Numbered from the stretch's first letter, positions 23,333 to 33,491 are shown. The stretch: 64,000 nucleotides of DNA from Candidatus Oxydemutatoraceae bacterium (GCA_965219575.1 OZ244779.1:780769-844768), one strand, 5' to 3'. The notes: a model not told the origin generated them from the sequence alone. Program-made: numbers and translations.

Positions 23333-24166
23333 ATGAAAAAGATAACCATTTTATTTTTGATTCTACCGATTTTCGGTTGTGACTCACGCGGTGTAGACCA
23401 CAGTGTTTTGAATAGCACTTTGTGGATGCAATCGTCGGCAGAATTCGTTGCTGCAACCGAGCAGGCATTCAATGCAGCGCGTATGAATTTGGACCGAGCA
23501 CTGCAGGATAAAAATTGGACTGCCGCCTTGGAGCAGCGCAAAGACTATCAAAACTTGCCACCTGCGGTAATTTTTGATGTCGACCAGACGGTATTGGACA
23601 CTAACTCTTATGAGGCCTATGTACTCGTAAGCGGTCAGACATATCATTATGACACTTGGGAAGTTTGGGCAAAGGCGGCGAGAGCACAGCCTATAGAAGG
23701 TGTCAAAGAGCTGATTTCGGAAATCAAATCTAAAGGTGTGGCTGTGTTCTATGTTACGAACAGGGATAAAGCCTTAGAAGAAGCTACCGTCAAGAATATC
23801 AGGATGACGGTGGACCCCGAGGTCAACGAAGATCAGGTACTGTGCATACAAGAGCGGGATGATTGGGTGAGTGATAAAAGTAGCCGTAGAGCGGCGATAG
23901 CGGAGACACATCGGATTATTATGATGTTCGGAGACGATTACAACGACTTCAGATTTTTACCTGATTCCCCGTCTCCGGAAGCACGTAGAGCCGAGGTAGA
24001 ACCTTACAAGGAATATTGGGGTACTAAATGGATATTGCTTAGCAACCCCCGATACGGAAACTGGGAAAGTGCAATTTTGAATTATGCCAAAGACCTAAGC
24101 GACGAAGAAAAGTTACAAGCCAAACTTTCACACCTAAAGCCCGATAGCGGCGCGCCCGACGGATGA
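23333..24166 (+). CDS. Class C acid phosphatase / 5'-nucleotidase lipoprotein (e(P4) family)
   Basis: Lipobox IFGC, FDVDQTVLD, YVTNR, FGDDYNDF, NPRYGNWE. Confidence 0.9.
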   Translation: MKKITILFLILPIFGCDSRGVDHSVLNSTLWMQSSAEFVAATEQAFNAARMNLDRALQDKNWTAALEQRKDYQNLPPAVIFDVDQTVLDTNSYEAYVLVSGQTYHYDTWEVWAKAARAQPIEGVKELISEIKSKGVAVFYVTNRDKALEEATVKNIRMTVDPEVNEDQVLCIQERDDWVSDKSSRRAAIAETHRIIMMFGDDYNDFRFLPDSPSPEARRAEVEPYKEYWGTKWILLSNPRYGNWESAILNYAKDLSDEEKLQAKLSHLKPDSGAPDG

Positions 24167-24177
24167 GAACATAATTT

Positions 24178-24981
24178 TTGAATACCGTTCTATTGTTTGT
24201 TTTGTTTATGGGTACGGCATCGGCTGAAGTTCCGTCGCTTGAATTCCGTGGTCAATTAATACAGGGTGGTGTCGTACGTGCCCGAACAATAGCAGGCTCT
24301 AAAGTTTATTTAGACGGGCGATTATTGCAAGTATCGGAAAACGGTGATTTTATATTCGGCTTGACATCGGATGCTCCCGAGCACGCTCGCCTCGCCGTGC
24401 ATATGCCCGATGGTCGGCGTATAGAAGAGAACCTGAGAATCGCCGGTCGTAGCTACGAGGTTCAACGCATAGACGGTTTAGATCCTAACAAGGTTAGTCC
24501 TCCGCCCGAAGTCTACGAGCGTATTGCTAATGAAGTCGAGATGATTGTTAAAATACGGGATATCAGTTCTCCTAATTTAGATGCCTTCGACGAGTTTATC
24601 TGGCCGGTTGAAGGCATTATTACCGGGGTCTACGGTAGTCGCCGTATATTGAACGGACAACCGCGTAGCCCGCATTACGGAGTGGATATTGCCTGCCCCG
24701 AAGGCACCGATATACAGGCACCGGCAGGCGGTGTTGTGAGAATGATAACAGATATGTATTTTTCCGGAATCACGATGGTTATAGATCACGGCTACGGGCT
24801 ATCCTCAACTTTTTTGCATTTAAGCAAAGTTAGCGTTGCGCTGAACGAACGCGTGGAACAAGGACAAATTATTGCCGAAGTCGGTGCGACCGGACGGGTT
24901 ACAGGACCGCACTTGGATTGGCGTATAAACTGGTTTGAACGCCGACTAGACCCGCAAAGCATCGCACAGCCTGCCGGTTAA
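24178..24981 (+). CDS. M23 family metallopeptidase
   Basis: HYGVDIA, IDHGYG, GATGRVTGPHLDW; start codon uncertain. Confidence 0.9.
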   Translation: MNTVLLFVLFMGTASAEVPSLEFRGQLIQGGVVRARTIAGSKVYLDGRLLQVSENGDFIFGLTSDAPEHARLAVHMPDGRRIEENLRIAGRSYEVQRIDGLDPNKVSPPPEVYERIANEVEMIVKIRDISSPNLDAFDEFIWPVEGIITGVYGSRRILNGQPRSPHYGVDIACPEGTDIQAPAGGVVRMITDMYFSGITMVIDHGYGLSSTFLHLSKVSVALNERVEQGQIIAEVGATGRVTGPHLDWRINWFERRLDPQSIAQPAG

Positions 24982-25959
24982 ACGTTCTGTTATATGAGAG
25001 TCATTTCGGCTGTACTCACCGGTGTACAAAAGGCTACTTTATAGAAGCCGCTTTGAACTTGACTGGACAGAAGTTCAAAAAATAGAGGTAGGCTCGTTGA
25101 TTAAAAAATACGATTTTTTCTCGGGATACGGTGGGGATCTTAAGGGGCATTATTAGGGAAAATCGTTTCGATACAAAGTTATAGACTATTGATACGATCT
25201 GTAATATATAGCATACCGACAGACACAAGATTCACGATGCTCTCACGAAACGAAACAAAATATCTATTTTATAAAAACTGGCCTAAACCCAATGATAAAG
25301 GTTTAGATTATTGGCTTGATGTATTAGAAGATTTTATTTGTATCGCACTCAATGTAAATAGAGTTCCGGTGATTCCGACTTCATCGAGCAACCAGCGTGA
25401 CAAGTTGCAAAATTCTCCGGATTTTCGTTTAGAAGATTACCTGGCTCTGACAAATACAAAAATATACAAAGTTGAAGCAGACGGGATGATTAAACAACAA
25501 ACCGCCTCTTTGAACTGGATTTCCGAAGCCGATGCCGAATTGCAATTATCCGGTCAACCTTCAATACCGCTTATCGATATAGAACAACTTTATAGAAACG
25601 ATAATAGCGAACATAAGGCTTTATCCTTGACTAACAATAAGAAAAGTCACACACACTCTAAACCTCGCTATTATGTAAAGACAATTCCTTCGGAAAAAGT
25701 TAACTGTTTGACGGACAAGGCACTAGAGCATTTCAAGACCAACAGACAAAGTTTATTTGATACTCAGAATTTGCTATACAAAAGTCAAAAAACTCACTAT
25801 TTACATAAAGATTATAATTTGGTTCCCTATGCTTGCTTAAATCTATACGACAAACAGTTTTCTATATATGCCGGCAAACCTAAAAAAATTTTAAGCATAG
25901 TTGAGCATATTTTTCGCCACGCTATAGGACTCAATAAATCGTTCAGGAATATTTATTTA

Positions 25960-26712
25960 GGTACTTGACTAGTTTAGGGACAAAGTCCCACTCAAATATC
26001 CCTTACCATCTTCATTAGCATCTCATACTTTTGGGAGGCTGAAAGGTGTCTGTGATTGAATCGCCACTCGCATTCTTTTAGATGAAGGTGGAAATGTTTT
26101 CTCGACACGCCGCAGAACTTTGTTAATCTCCTTTTGGCCCATTCCCAGAAGTTTTCAATGCCATTGATATGTCTAGTACCACTGCCCAGTGTCTTTGAAT
26201 GATTGATGCGGTAGTGTTTGTATCCATTCAACACCAACCCGTCATAAGCTCTCCATTTATCTGTGTATATAGTACTCCTGTGTCCCACTAAACGCTTGAT
26301 AATAGGTCGTATCTCGCTCTTTGAAGCATTGCGTATCACCTGCGTATAGACCTTCCCATCTCTTTTTAATATGCCGAATACCGGTACTTTGTTCGGTGCA
26401 CCTCTACCTCTTTTGTCTCCCTTTTTGCGACCACCGAAGTAGGACTCATCGAACTCTACCTCGCCAGAGAATAGGCTCGTCTGCTCGCAGTGTTGTGCAA
26501 TTCTTTCTCGGATTATATTGACATATCTATTCGCGGTATTTCTATTGACCCCGGCTGCTTGTGCGATTTGGGTTGCACTCAGATCAAGGGCAAAATACCT
26601 CACAATTTGCCTTATTTTCCTGTTTGAAATATGTGCCCTTCTAAAATGTCTGTTAGGTGTTGTCATTACTAGTTATTTTATCAAATCGTACTCCCTAAAC
26701 TAGTCAAGTACC
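25960..26712 (-). mobile_element. IS1595-family (IS1016-like) insertion sequence, intact
   Basis: Perfect 21-bp IRs GGTACTTGACTAGTTTAGGGA; 8-bp TSD TTTATTTA at 25952-25959 and 26713-26720. Confidence 0.95.
25992..26666 (-). CDS. IS1595-family transposase
   Basis: VEFDESYFGG, IYTDKWRAY, HINGIENFW, LKECEWRFN. Confidence 0.95.
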   Translation of the reverse strand: MTTPNRHFRRAHISNRKIRQIVRYFALDLSATQIAQAAGVNRNTANRYVNIIRERIAQHCEQTSLFSGEVEFDESYFGGRKKGDKRGRGAPNKVPVFGILKRDGKVYTQVIRNASKSEIRPIIKRLVGHRSTIYTDKWRAYDGLVLNGYKHYRINHSKTLGSGTRHINGIENFWEWAKRRLTKFCGVSRKHFHLHLKECEWRFNHRHLSASQKYEMLMKMVRDI

Positions 26713-26951
26713 TTTATTTAATATCAAAGAATAGAGATCTTCGTTTTCCTGGACTTTACCGATGCAAAGGACACCAACTCAAAATCTACACCTATCATGA
26801 TTTTCCTGAACTCAATGCTATTGCCTCGAACAATTACTTACTATATTCCGTAGAAAAAGACCTATTTGACTGCGCCGTGGTAAAAATATATCCCCCCGGT
26901 GCCAACCAACTTTTTTATACGACTGTGTCCGAACCGCCGCGTTATTGGAAT

Positions 26952-28091
26952 TTATACCGGCTTCGCCGCAAACTTATACCATATTTTTTTTATTAGCCTC
27001 TTGTATGGGTTCGAAAGCAACATCATTTTTATCCTCGTATGGTTTGTCATCATAGTGTAGGCTTTCATTGTATCGCCTTCGCTATGTCGTTTTATATACT
27101 CATAAATATCCCGGATAGTTTGAGGAGTACGATATATAAAATCCGATTGGAAATGGTAAAGGCTTCTTCGGTTGGCCACTAACTTCACCAAAGCATGATC
27201 CATGATGTTTTTTTCAACCGCGTATAGCAAATGATTATCTGTGGCACGACTTGCGTTGTCGACTAAGCACTTAAGTTCCGGAAAATCTCGATATGTATAA
27301 ACATCGTATCTATTTCTCAGGAAATCGAAATACCCGGCATCATGTATGTCCGACATAATGTAAAGCTTCGTGCCGTGTGGACATGCCCGGTACACTAGTT
27401 TCTTGATATTGCTAGGTAAGGCCGCGCGAAAAAAACGAGCATCAAAGAAAAGCATATCGTTGGCACGTATATGCAGACACGAATAAAAGAATTTTTCATG
27501 CTTAATTTTCTCGAACAAGTTTACCGTAGAGCAACGATTATAAAGCAATTCTTGAGCATCCCGCATAGTAGATCTGCCGGTGCCGAAACGGGCGAGGACA
27601 CTATCGGTTAAATCGTTCACAGCTTGTGAAGCGATAAATCTTATGTAATAGGGTGGTGTGGGGAATCCTATAGAAGGTGCTACACGCAACACTTTATATT
27701 TTTCGTTATCTCTATCGTAGAGTTTGTCTAAATCAACCGTGTGTATTTGATTTTGTGGATAAGACTCTATATTAAAATCAGACCTTAAAACATAATTTAA
27801 CCGAGACTTTTCCTTTTTTATGGTTCCATCTTTTCTTAACTTATAGGCTTCTGTTTTATCTAGATCTAAATATCTTAACCATGTAAAATTGTCCAGTGAT
27901 TTTCCCAAATTATGTGTCATGGTGTTTGGAGGTTGATTGGGGATGACCGGTATTCTTTTTAATGTCAGTGCTTTGCCCCAGAGAGAACTCACATCCCTGA
28001 TCTTGCCGTCTAATCCTTCTATTTTATCCCTTTCTTTACCCTCTAGATACTTAGGTTGTGTCATCAGATATTTTTTATTCATCATAAGCAA
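26952..28091 (-). CDS. Putative O-fucosyltransferase-like glycosyltransferase
   Basis: YSCLHIRAND, KLYIMSD and LYAVEKNIM resemble GDP-fucose-binding motifs. Confidence 0.55.
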   Translation of the reverse strand: MLMMNKKYLMTQPKYLEGKERDKIEGLDGKIRDVSSLWGKALTLKRIPVIPNQPPNTMTHNLGKSLDNFTWLRYLDLDKTEAYKLRKDGTIKKEKSRLNYVLRSDFNIESYPQNQIHTVDLDKLYDRDNEKYKVLRVAPSIGFPTPPYYIRFIASQAVNDLTDSVLARFGTGRSTMRDAQELLYNRCSTVNLFEKIKHEKFFYSCLHIRANDMLFFDARFFRAALPSNIKKLVYRACPHGTKLYIMSDIHDAGYFDFLRNRYDVYTYRDFPELKCLVDNASRATDNHLLYAVEKNIMDHALVKLVANRRSLYHFQSDFIYRTPQTIRDIYEYIKRHSEGDTMKAYTMMTNHTRIKMMLLSNPYKRLIKKIWYKFAAKPV

Positions 28092-28156
28092 TGACCTATA
28101 TGTTCTAATATCCCGTCTTTATGCAAATTTTGTATTTGCCGATATTGCTTTGATAA

Positions 28157-28495
28157 TCAACCCGGAGGCCAATTAAAGGCTCTGCCCGCCATTAGGTGTA
28201 TGTGTAGATGAAAGACGGTTTGACCGGCACTTTCGCCGTTGTTGACGACAAGCCTGAAATTGTCGGAGACACCTTCGCTCCGAGCTATATCACCGGCTTT
28301 TAGGAGCAGGTGTCCGAGCAGTTTTTGATCCGCTGCCGTCGCTTCGGATATTTTAGGAATTTCCTTTTTGGGAATGATTAGGATATGGGTCGGTGCTTTG
28401 GGATCTATATCTCGGAATGCCAAGCACTGTTCGTCTTCGTAGACGATGTCGGCGGGTATTTCGCGATTAATGATTTTGGTGAATAAAGTTGTCAT
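28157..28495 (-). CDS. hinT: Histidine triad nucleotide-binding protein
   Basis: FRDIDPKAPTHILIIPK, GQTVFHLHIH. Confidence 0.93.
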   Translation of the reverse strand: MTTLFTKIINREIPADIVYEDEQCLAFRDIDPKAPTHILIIPKKEIPKISEATAADQKLLGHLLLKAGDIARSEGVSDNFRLVVNNGESAGQTVFHLHIHLMAGRAFNWPPG

Positions 28496-28512
28496 AGTTA
28501 AACCTCGTATGG

Positions 28513-29616
28513 TTAATTATCGGTTTGTTTTACGGTTTCAATGATAATAGAAGCGATACGCTCTATTGTATCCGAATCTAGACCCGGGTAAATAGGCAGC
28601 GATAAGCATTGTTTGGCTACCGCTTCGGCGTTCGGACAAGGTGTAGTTTTACAACACTCGGCGAGTGCGAGTTGCTCACCGAGTAGATGCGGATAGTAGA
28701 TGTCGGCGACGATGTCGTTATCGAGCAGTGCTTGTTTAATATGATCTCGCTCGGAACTCAAAATCGTGTATTGATGAAACACATGGGTGCCGTGCGGATC
28801 GCGCGCCGGGATTGTAACAAAGTCTTTCAGCAGGGTGTCGTACTGTGCTGCGATAGCCGTTCTTTGGTTATTAAAATCTTCTATGTATTTTAGTTTGACC
28901 CGTAGTGCTGCCGCTTGTATCTCGTCCAAACGGCTGTTATAACCGATTTCGTCGTGTTGATAGCGGGTGTAAGAACCGTGATTGCGCAACGCCCGTAAAT
29001 GTGCCACCAAATCGGTATTATTCGTGCTAATCAATCCGCCGTCTCCGTATGCACTTAGATTTTTAGTCGGATAGAAACTATGGCAGCCGGCCTCGGACAA
29101 TGTGCCGACATAGTCGTCGTCGTATTTTGCGCCGAAGGCTTGCGCACAGTCTTCTATTAAAAGCAGACTGTGCTGTTCGGCAATTTGTATAAGCGACTCT
29201 ATATCGGCGGTTTGACCGTATAAATGCACCGCAACGATTGCCCGAGTTTTCTCGGTAATGTGCGCTTCTATACTCTCCGGGTCTATGTTGAAACTATAAG
29301 GTGAAATATCGACCAGCACCGGAGTCGCACCTAAATAACAAGCCACCTCGGCTACCGATACAAAATTGAATGTAGGTGTGATGACCTCGTCGCCTGCTTT
29401 TATACCGAGTGCTTTCATGCTCAGTAATAAAGCATCGGTACCGGAGGCACAAGATACCGCATGCCGAACATTCAGAAAGTTGGCAACTTCGGATTCGAAC
29501 GCTTCTACTTGCTGCCCTAATATATAGTTCCCGCTTCGCATGACATCGATGACCGCTCGCTCCAATTCGGCTTTGAGGCGCTGGTGTTGGAGGCGTGGCT
29601 TACTGGTGGGTATCAT
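28513..29616 (-). CDS. DegT/DnrJ/EryC1/StrS sugar aminotransferase (GnnB/WbpE-like)
   Basis: SGTDAL, VHLYGQ, IEDCAQA, SFYPTKNL, GYNSRLDE. Confidence 0.92.
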   Translation of the reverse strand: MIPTSKPRLQHQRLKAELERAVIDVMRSGNYILGQQVEAFESEVANFLNVRHAVSCASGTDALLLSMKALGIKAGDEVITPTFNFVSVAEVACYLGATPVLVDISPYSFNIDPESIEAHITEKTRAIVAVHLYGQTADIESLIQIAEQHSLLLIEDCAQAFGAKYDDDYVGTLSEAGCHSFYPTKNLSAYGDGGLISTNNTDLVAHLRALRNHGSYTRYQHDEIGYNSRLDEIQAAALRVKLKYIEDFNNQRTAIAAQYDTLLKDFVTIPARDPHGTHVFHQYTILSSERDHIKQALLDNDIVADIYYPHLLGEQLALAECCKTTPCPNAEAVAKQCLSLPIYPGLDSDTIERIASIIIETVKQTDN

Positions 29617-29670
29617 CTTATCTTCGTCTTTCCGATCTCGGACATACTTTGCACGGTATTCATAAGTTGA

Positions 29671-30621
29671 TTATAAATTGCTTTCCTCGTTACCGAATAA
29701 GGAATCGTGCACTCGTTGTGCCAGCACCAATGCGCTGCGTCCTTCCGAACCTCCGACTCTGGGGGGTGTTTTATTTTTGATGCAATCCACGAAGTGTTTG
29801 ATTTCGTCGAGCAGCGGGTCGGCATCTGCGATGCTCGGATAGCTTTGTCGGCTGAAGTCTCGACGGTTTCGATTTTTAATTCGATAGTGCTCGCTCGTGC
29901 CGTTTTGCAAATCTATGGAATGATAACCGTCATCCCTGCTGAATATCCTGATTTTACGCTCGGACTTCAGGCTGATGCGGCTTTCGGTGATATTGACTAC
30001 ACATCCGTTTGCGAATATCAAACGGGCATTTATGATATCGACTTCCTCGCTCCATACCTGCACGCCCTTGGCATGGATAGTCTCTACCTCCGAACCGACC
30101 AAACTCAATACTATATCGAGGTCGTGTATCATCAAATCAAATACTACGCCTATCTCGGTATTGCGGCTTTGATACCCACTCAACCTCAAAACTTCTATAA
30201 ACTCAGGTTTGTTAATCGTATGTTTGATACGAGTGAGTGCCGGGTTGAAACGTTCTATGTGTCCGATTTGCAATACTGCATCGTTTTGACGGGCGATTTC
30301 AATTAGCCGGTCGGCTTCTTCGAGCGAGGTCGTCATCGGTTTTTCCAGCAACACATGGATACCGTTGTTCAATAGATCATGAGCGATTGCATAATGCGTA
30401 GCCGTCGGAGTGACGATGCTCGCCGCGTCCAGGGTTCCGATCAATGTACGATAATCGGAACAGCTTCGGGTGTTCATTTCTGACGCAATCGTCGCGCCTG
30501 CCGTCGGGTTCGTGTCGGCTACGGCAACGAGTTCGCAATCGTCCAGAGTCGCATATTTTTGCGCGTGAAACTTGCCGAAATAACCTGTTCCTATGACTGC
30601 GCATTTGAGTTTATTCATCAC
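29671..30621 (-). CDS. Gfo/Idh/MocA oxidoreductase (GnnA/WbpB-like)
   Basis: GTGYFG, LLEKP, GHIERFNP, DLMIHDLD. Confidence 0.9.
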   Translation of the reverse strand: MMNKLKCAVIGTGYFGKFHAQKYATLDDCELVAVADTNPTAGATIASEMNTRSCSDYRTLIGTLDAASIVTPTATHYAIAHDLLNNGIHVLLEKPMTTSLEEADRLIEIARQNDAVLQIGHIERFNPALTRIKHTINKPEFIEVLRLSGYQSRNTEIGVVFDLMIHDLDIVLSLVGSEVETIHAKGVQVWSEEVDIINARLIFANGCVVNITESRISLKSERKIRIFSRDDGYHSIDLQNGTSEHYRIKNRNRRDFSRQSYPSIADADPLLDEIKHFVDCIKNKTPPRVGGSEGRSALVLAQRVHDSLFGNEESNL

Positions 30622-30788
30622 GAGAAAGTAGTTTAATGAAGCGGATATTCTAACACTACTAACCGTTTGTCCGATTATCGTGTTCGTTCGTCGGAAAGCC
30701 GAACCGTGTGCCTAAAAATCGGTATGCTATCGGAAACAAGCCACAAAACCGGCTTGATTTACAAAGATAAACACACAGGAGACTTGAT

Positions 30789-32225
30789 ATGAAAAAAATC
30801 GGAAATTTATTACTTTTATTGATTAATATCTGGGTTGCAACCCCAGTCGCAGCCGAGACAAACTTGGTCGGTCAAGGTGCGCACGATCGCAGATTACAAG
30901 TAGATCGCTATATCGGTTATAAAGCCAATGCCGCACCGGAAGAAATCAACCCACTTTTGGTGTTGACACAAATTAATTTTCCGTCCACCGTTAAAACGGT
31001 GCAAGAGGCGATCGATCACGCGCTGCAACGCTCGGGTTATCGTGTGGATTGGCGGCAAAGTGCCGAAGCGTACGACATTTTCTCCGAATTGTACATACCG
31101 GCGGTGCATAGAAAGCTCAACCTAATGACGCTCAAAGACGCAATAGCGACTCTGGCGGGCGAGGCATGGCAACTGTTGGTGGATTCGGTAAATCGTAAGC
31201 TCGTTATCCAGCTACATGCTTATGTGCCTTGGCAAACGGCGGACGGTTCCGACGGCGATGGTACACTTGGATTGCATCCTCAAAAGTCTATATCGCTTGC
31301 ATCGCAAACGGAAACAAACCGCAATCTCAAAGATGATTTTATGCCTACACAAACGAGGCGAGGTCATTTTCAACATGAATACTCCGCCTCGTCCGTAGAA
31401 CAATCGGTTTCGGATACCGATAGAACCGACGGTGATACTCCCGAAAACACGGTCATACAGAATGAAGCGGTTGCCGATTCCGTGTATTTCGAAAAAGCCG
31501 AGATACCCGTGCCGGATAACGCAGACTCATACTATGAGATACCGGATAGACCCGATAATCAATATACTCAAGGAGATATCAAACCTTATCACTCGACAAA
31601 GATGTCTTATCGGAGTGATGCGGACTCGCCCGATAAGATACCGAATATACATCGTGTTCAATACATGCCGGGGCATGACTTATCGCCCTATACGGATTTA
31701 TCGAAGATAGATCGGCAGACACCTATCGAAGAACACAGTTCCGCCCGCGACCTATGGTCGATGCAATCGGTTATCAAAGCGAAGGAAGGTGTGGGTTCGT
31801 TGGATGAAGCCGTTATCGTGCATTATAGTTCGATATCGGTGAAAGAACTGATAGAGATACTGATTCCCGAAGGTTGGGTCGTGCACTACGAGGTATCCGA
31901 GGCCGTATTGAATCAAAAATTGGTTTCCCATGCCGAAAGTAGCAGGCGAAACGCCTTATCGTCTTTGTTCAAGGAGATCAAACTAAAAGCACTGTTTTAT
32001 CCCGGGCAAGCGGTTGTTTTAGTTGCCGAGAAAGAACCTAGATCGTATGACTACCGTCACTCTTCTAAGTTCAAAGCGATAGATAGCCGAAACGATGATG
32101 TTCCCGCAGACTCTTTTTCCGATATCCCCGACGCATCCGAGTCGCAACCGGAAGTAGATACTATTTTACGGAACGCAAAAATGATTAAGAATTTAATGAA
32201 TGAAATGGAACCCGCTTCTAAATAG
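30789..32225 (+). CDS. Secreted protein with an ICE-type PilL-like N-terminal domain, low-complexity linker and second small domain
   Basis: Signal peptide; TVQEAIDHALQRSGY..IPAVHRKL..TLKDAIATLAGEAWQLLVDSVNR resembles PFGI-1 PilL; GGAG RBS. Confidence 0.6.
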   Translation: MKKIGNLLLLLINIWVATPVAAETNLVGQGAHDRRLQVDRYIGYKANAAPEEINPLLVLTQINFPSTVKTVQEAIDHALQRSGYRVDWRQSAEAYDIFSELYIPAVHRKLNLMTLKDAIATLAGEAWQLLVDSVNRKLVIQLHAYVPWQTADGSDGDGTLGLHPQKSISLASQTETNRNLKDDFMPTQTRRGHFQHEYSASSVEQSVSDTDRTDGDTPENTVIQNEAVADSVYFEKAEIPVPDNADSYYEIPDRPDNQYTQGDIKPYHSTKMSYRSDADSPDKIPNIHRVQYMPGHDLSPYTDLSKIDRQTPIEEHSSARDLWSMQSVIKAKEGVGSLDEAVIVHYSSISVKELIEILIPEGWVVHYEVSEAVLNQKLVSHAESSRRNALSSLFKEIKLKALFYPGQAVVLVAEKEPRSYDYRHSSKFKAIDSRNDDVPADSFSDIPDASESQPEVDTILRNAKMIKNLMNEMEPASK

Positions 32226-32227
32226 AA

Positions 32228-32578
32228 CCATCGCTTGTTGCAAAGTATCCGGAGGATGCTACAGATAAACAGCAGCAGTCATTGCTCGGCACCGTGCAGC
32301 AAATAAGAAACGACTCGGCAATGATATTACCCGAAGACATGATGGTTGAACTAGTTGAAGCCGGCCGCGCCGGCAGACTCGAATATGCGTGCGACAAGAT
32401 GAACGATGCAATCTCCAAAGTCGTCGTCGGTCAAACGATGACTATCGACCACGGTTCAAGCCATAGCCAAGCAGAAGTTCATCTCACCGTGCGCGATGAG
32501 AAAGTTATGGCTGATGCGCATTTATTAGACGATTCATTTATGTGCTCGGTCGTGCGTTGGTTGAGCTTTGTGGGATAA
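32228..32578 (+). pseudogene. Internal fragment of a Mu-like portal protein (DUF935/gp29)
   Basis: VAKYP..SAMILPEDM..DAISKVVVGQTMT..GSSHSQAEVH..VR..AD; both ends missing. Confidence 0.75.
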
Positions 32579-33110
32579 GTTCGGCGCATCGCCCGATCAA
32601 GTCGGCAGTCGTGGCAAAAGTGTCGCCAAAACAAAGCCCGGTCAACCAAACTATCAAGACTACGGATTGCCCGGCGTAAAAGATTATTCTCCTGATTTAT
32701 TAGAGCAAACACCTGAGGTTTTAGCTGGCGAAAAATCTTTAGAAAGTGCGCTAGAAAAAGTTAATGAATTTCTTCTGAGAGGACAAGAATGGAGACGGGT
32801 TAATACACCGCTTGAACCGGTTATTATTCACCGGCGACATATTGATCATATACTGATAAAACGAGATCAGCAGAGAGAGAAGTTTATTAACTGGATAATA
32901 CCGACATTAACAGAACCTAATGAAATTTGGCTAACCGCATATGAGGATGGTTTTCGCAGGCGTTTCATTAAAGTATTCAAAGAGGGAAAGAATATGTTAA
33001 TTGTTGCGCGAGAGAACTTAGATGGTAGCTTATTTTGGAACGCGATACCGGCAAAATCAAAATATATTGATGGGCAGCGCATAGGTACTTTGCTTTATGA
33101 AAAAAGATAA
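32568..33110 (+). CDS. PBECR2-type nuclease domain, probably the C-terminus of a MuF head protein
   Basis: GQPNYQDYG, HILIKR..REKF..PTLTEPNEIW..RRRFIKVF..YIDGQRIGTLLY; lies between portal and gpG remnants; start uncertain. Confidence 0.7.
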   Translation: MWDKFGASPDQVGSRGKSVAKTKPGQPNYQDYGLPGVKDYSPDLLEQTPEVLAGEKSLESALEKVNEFLLRGQEWRRVNTPLEPVIIHRRHIDHILIKRDQQREKFINWIIPTLTEPNEIWLTAYEDGFRRRFIKVFKEGKNMLIVARENLDGSLFWNAIPAKSKYIDGQRIGTLLYEKR

Positions 33111-33114
33111 TAGG

Positions 33115-33212
33115 GGGTGAGCTTGAGTCTCATAAGGCTGTTAGGCACCAAGTAGTGGATTGATAATCGTTAATTAGCCTAACCTAGCCGATGTATCAAC
33201 CCCCGCTCACCC
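33115..33212 (+). ncRNA. Candidate structured RNA with a predicted pseudoknot
   Basis: GGGTGAGC/GCTCACCC closing stem; GGCTGTTAGGC/GCCTAAC-CT-AGCC inner stem; loop TTGATA complementary to downstream TATCAA. Confidence 0.4.
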
Positions 33213-33230
33213 AATAGAAAGTATATCACA

Positions 33231-33437
33231 ATGAAAATAGATATTAAAATTGAAGATAAAATAGCATTGCGGACATTAAATATTTTGGCGCGTCGCAGCG
33301 ATGACCTATCGCCTGCAATGCAAGCGATTGCCGGTGTATTGGCAGATGTATCGAGGAAGCCTTTCAATCCGAACAAGCACCGGAAGGCGAGGTATGGATG
33401 CCGTTGTCGGATACTTTCCCTGTCACCGCACACTGAC
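33231..33437 (+). pseudogene. Mu-like virion morphogenesis protein G, frameshifted and truncated
   Basis: DLSPAMQAIAGVLAD continues in another frame as EEAFQSEQAPEGEVWMPLS; ends at repeat remnant CTGACGGGGTGGT 33433-33445. Confidence 0.72.
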
Positions 33438-33491
33438 GGGGTGGTTTGCGTAAACGCATTAGTTCTGCGAGGACGGCACTTTCGGATGGTT

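Larger units (their letters stand above)
25237..26996 (+). pseudogene. Fucosyltransferase-like gene interrupted by the IS1016-like element
   Basis: Removing the IS and one TSD copy gives a continuous frame (..RNIYL-ISKNRD..YTYHDFPEL..NYLLYSVEK.., stop 26996) paralogous to 26952-28091. Confidence 0.85.

Noticed and set aside
29613-29825. 70-aa ORF between the oxidoreductase and aminotransferase
   Set aside because: Overlaps the oxidoreductase 3' end out of frame and both neighbours look complete
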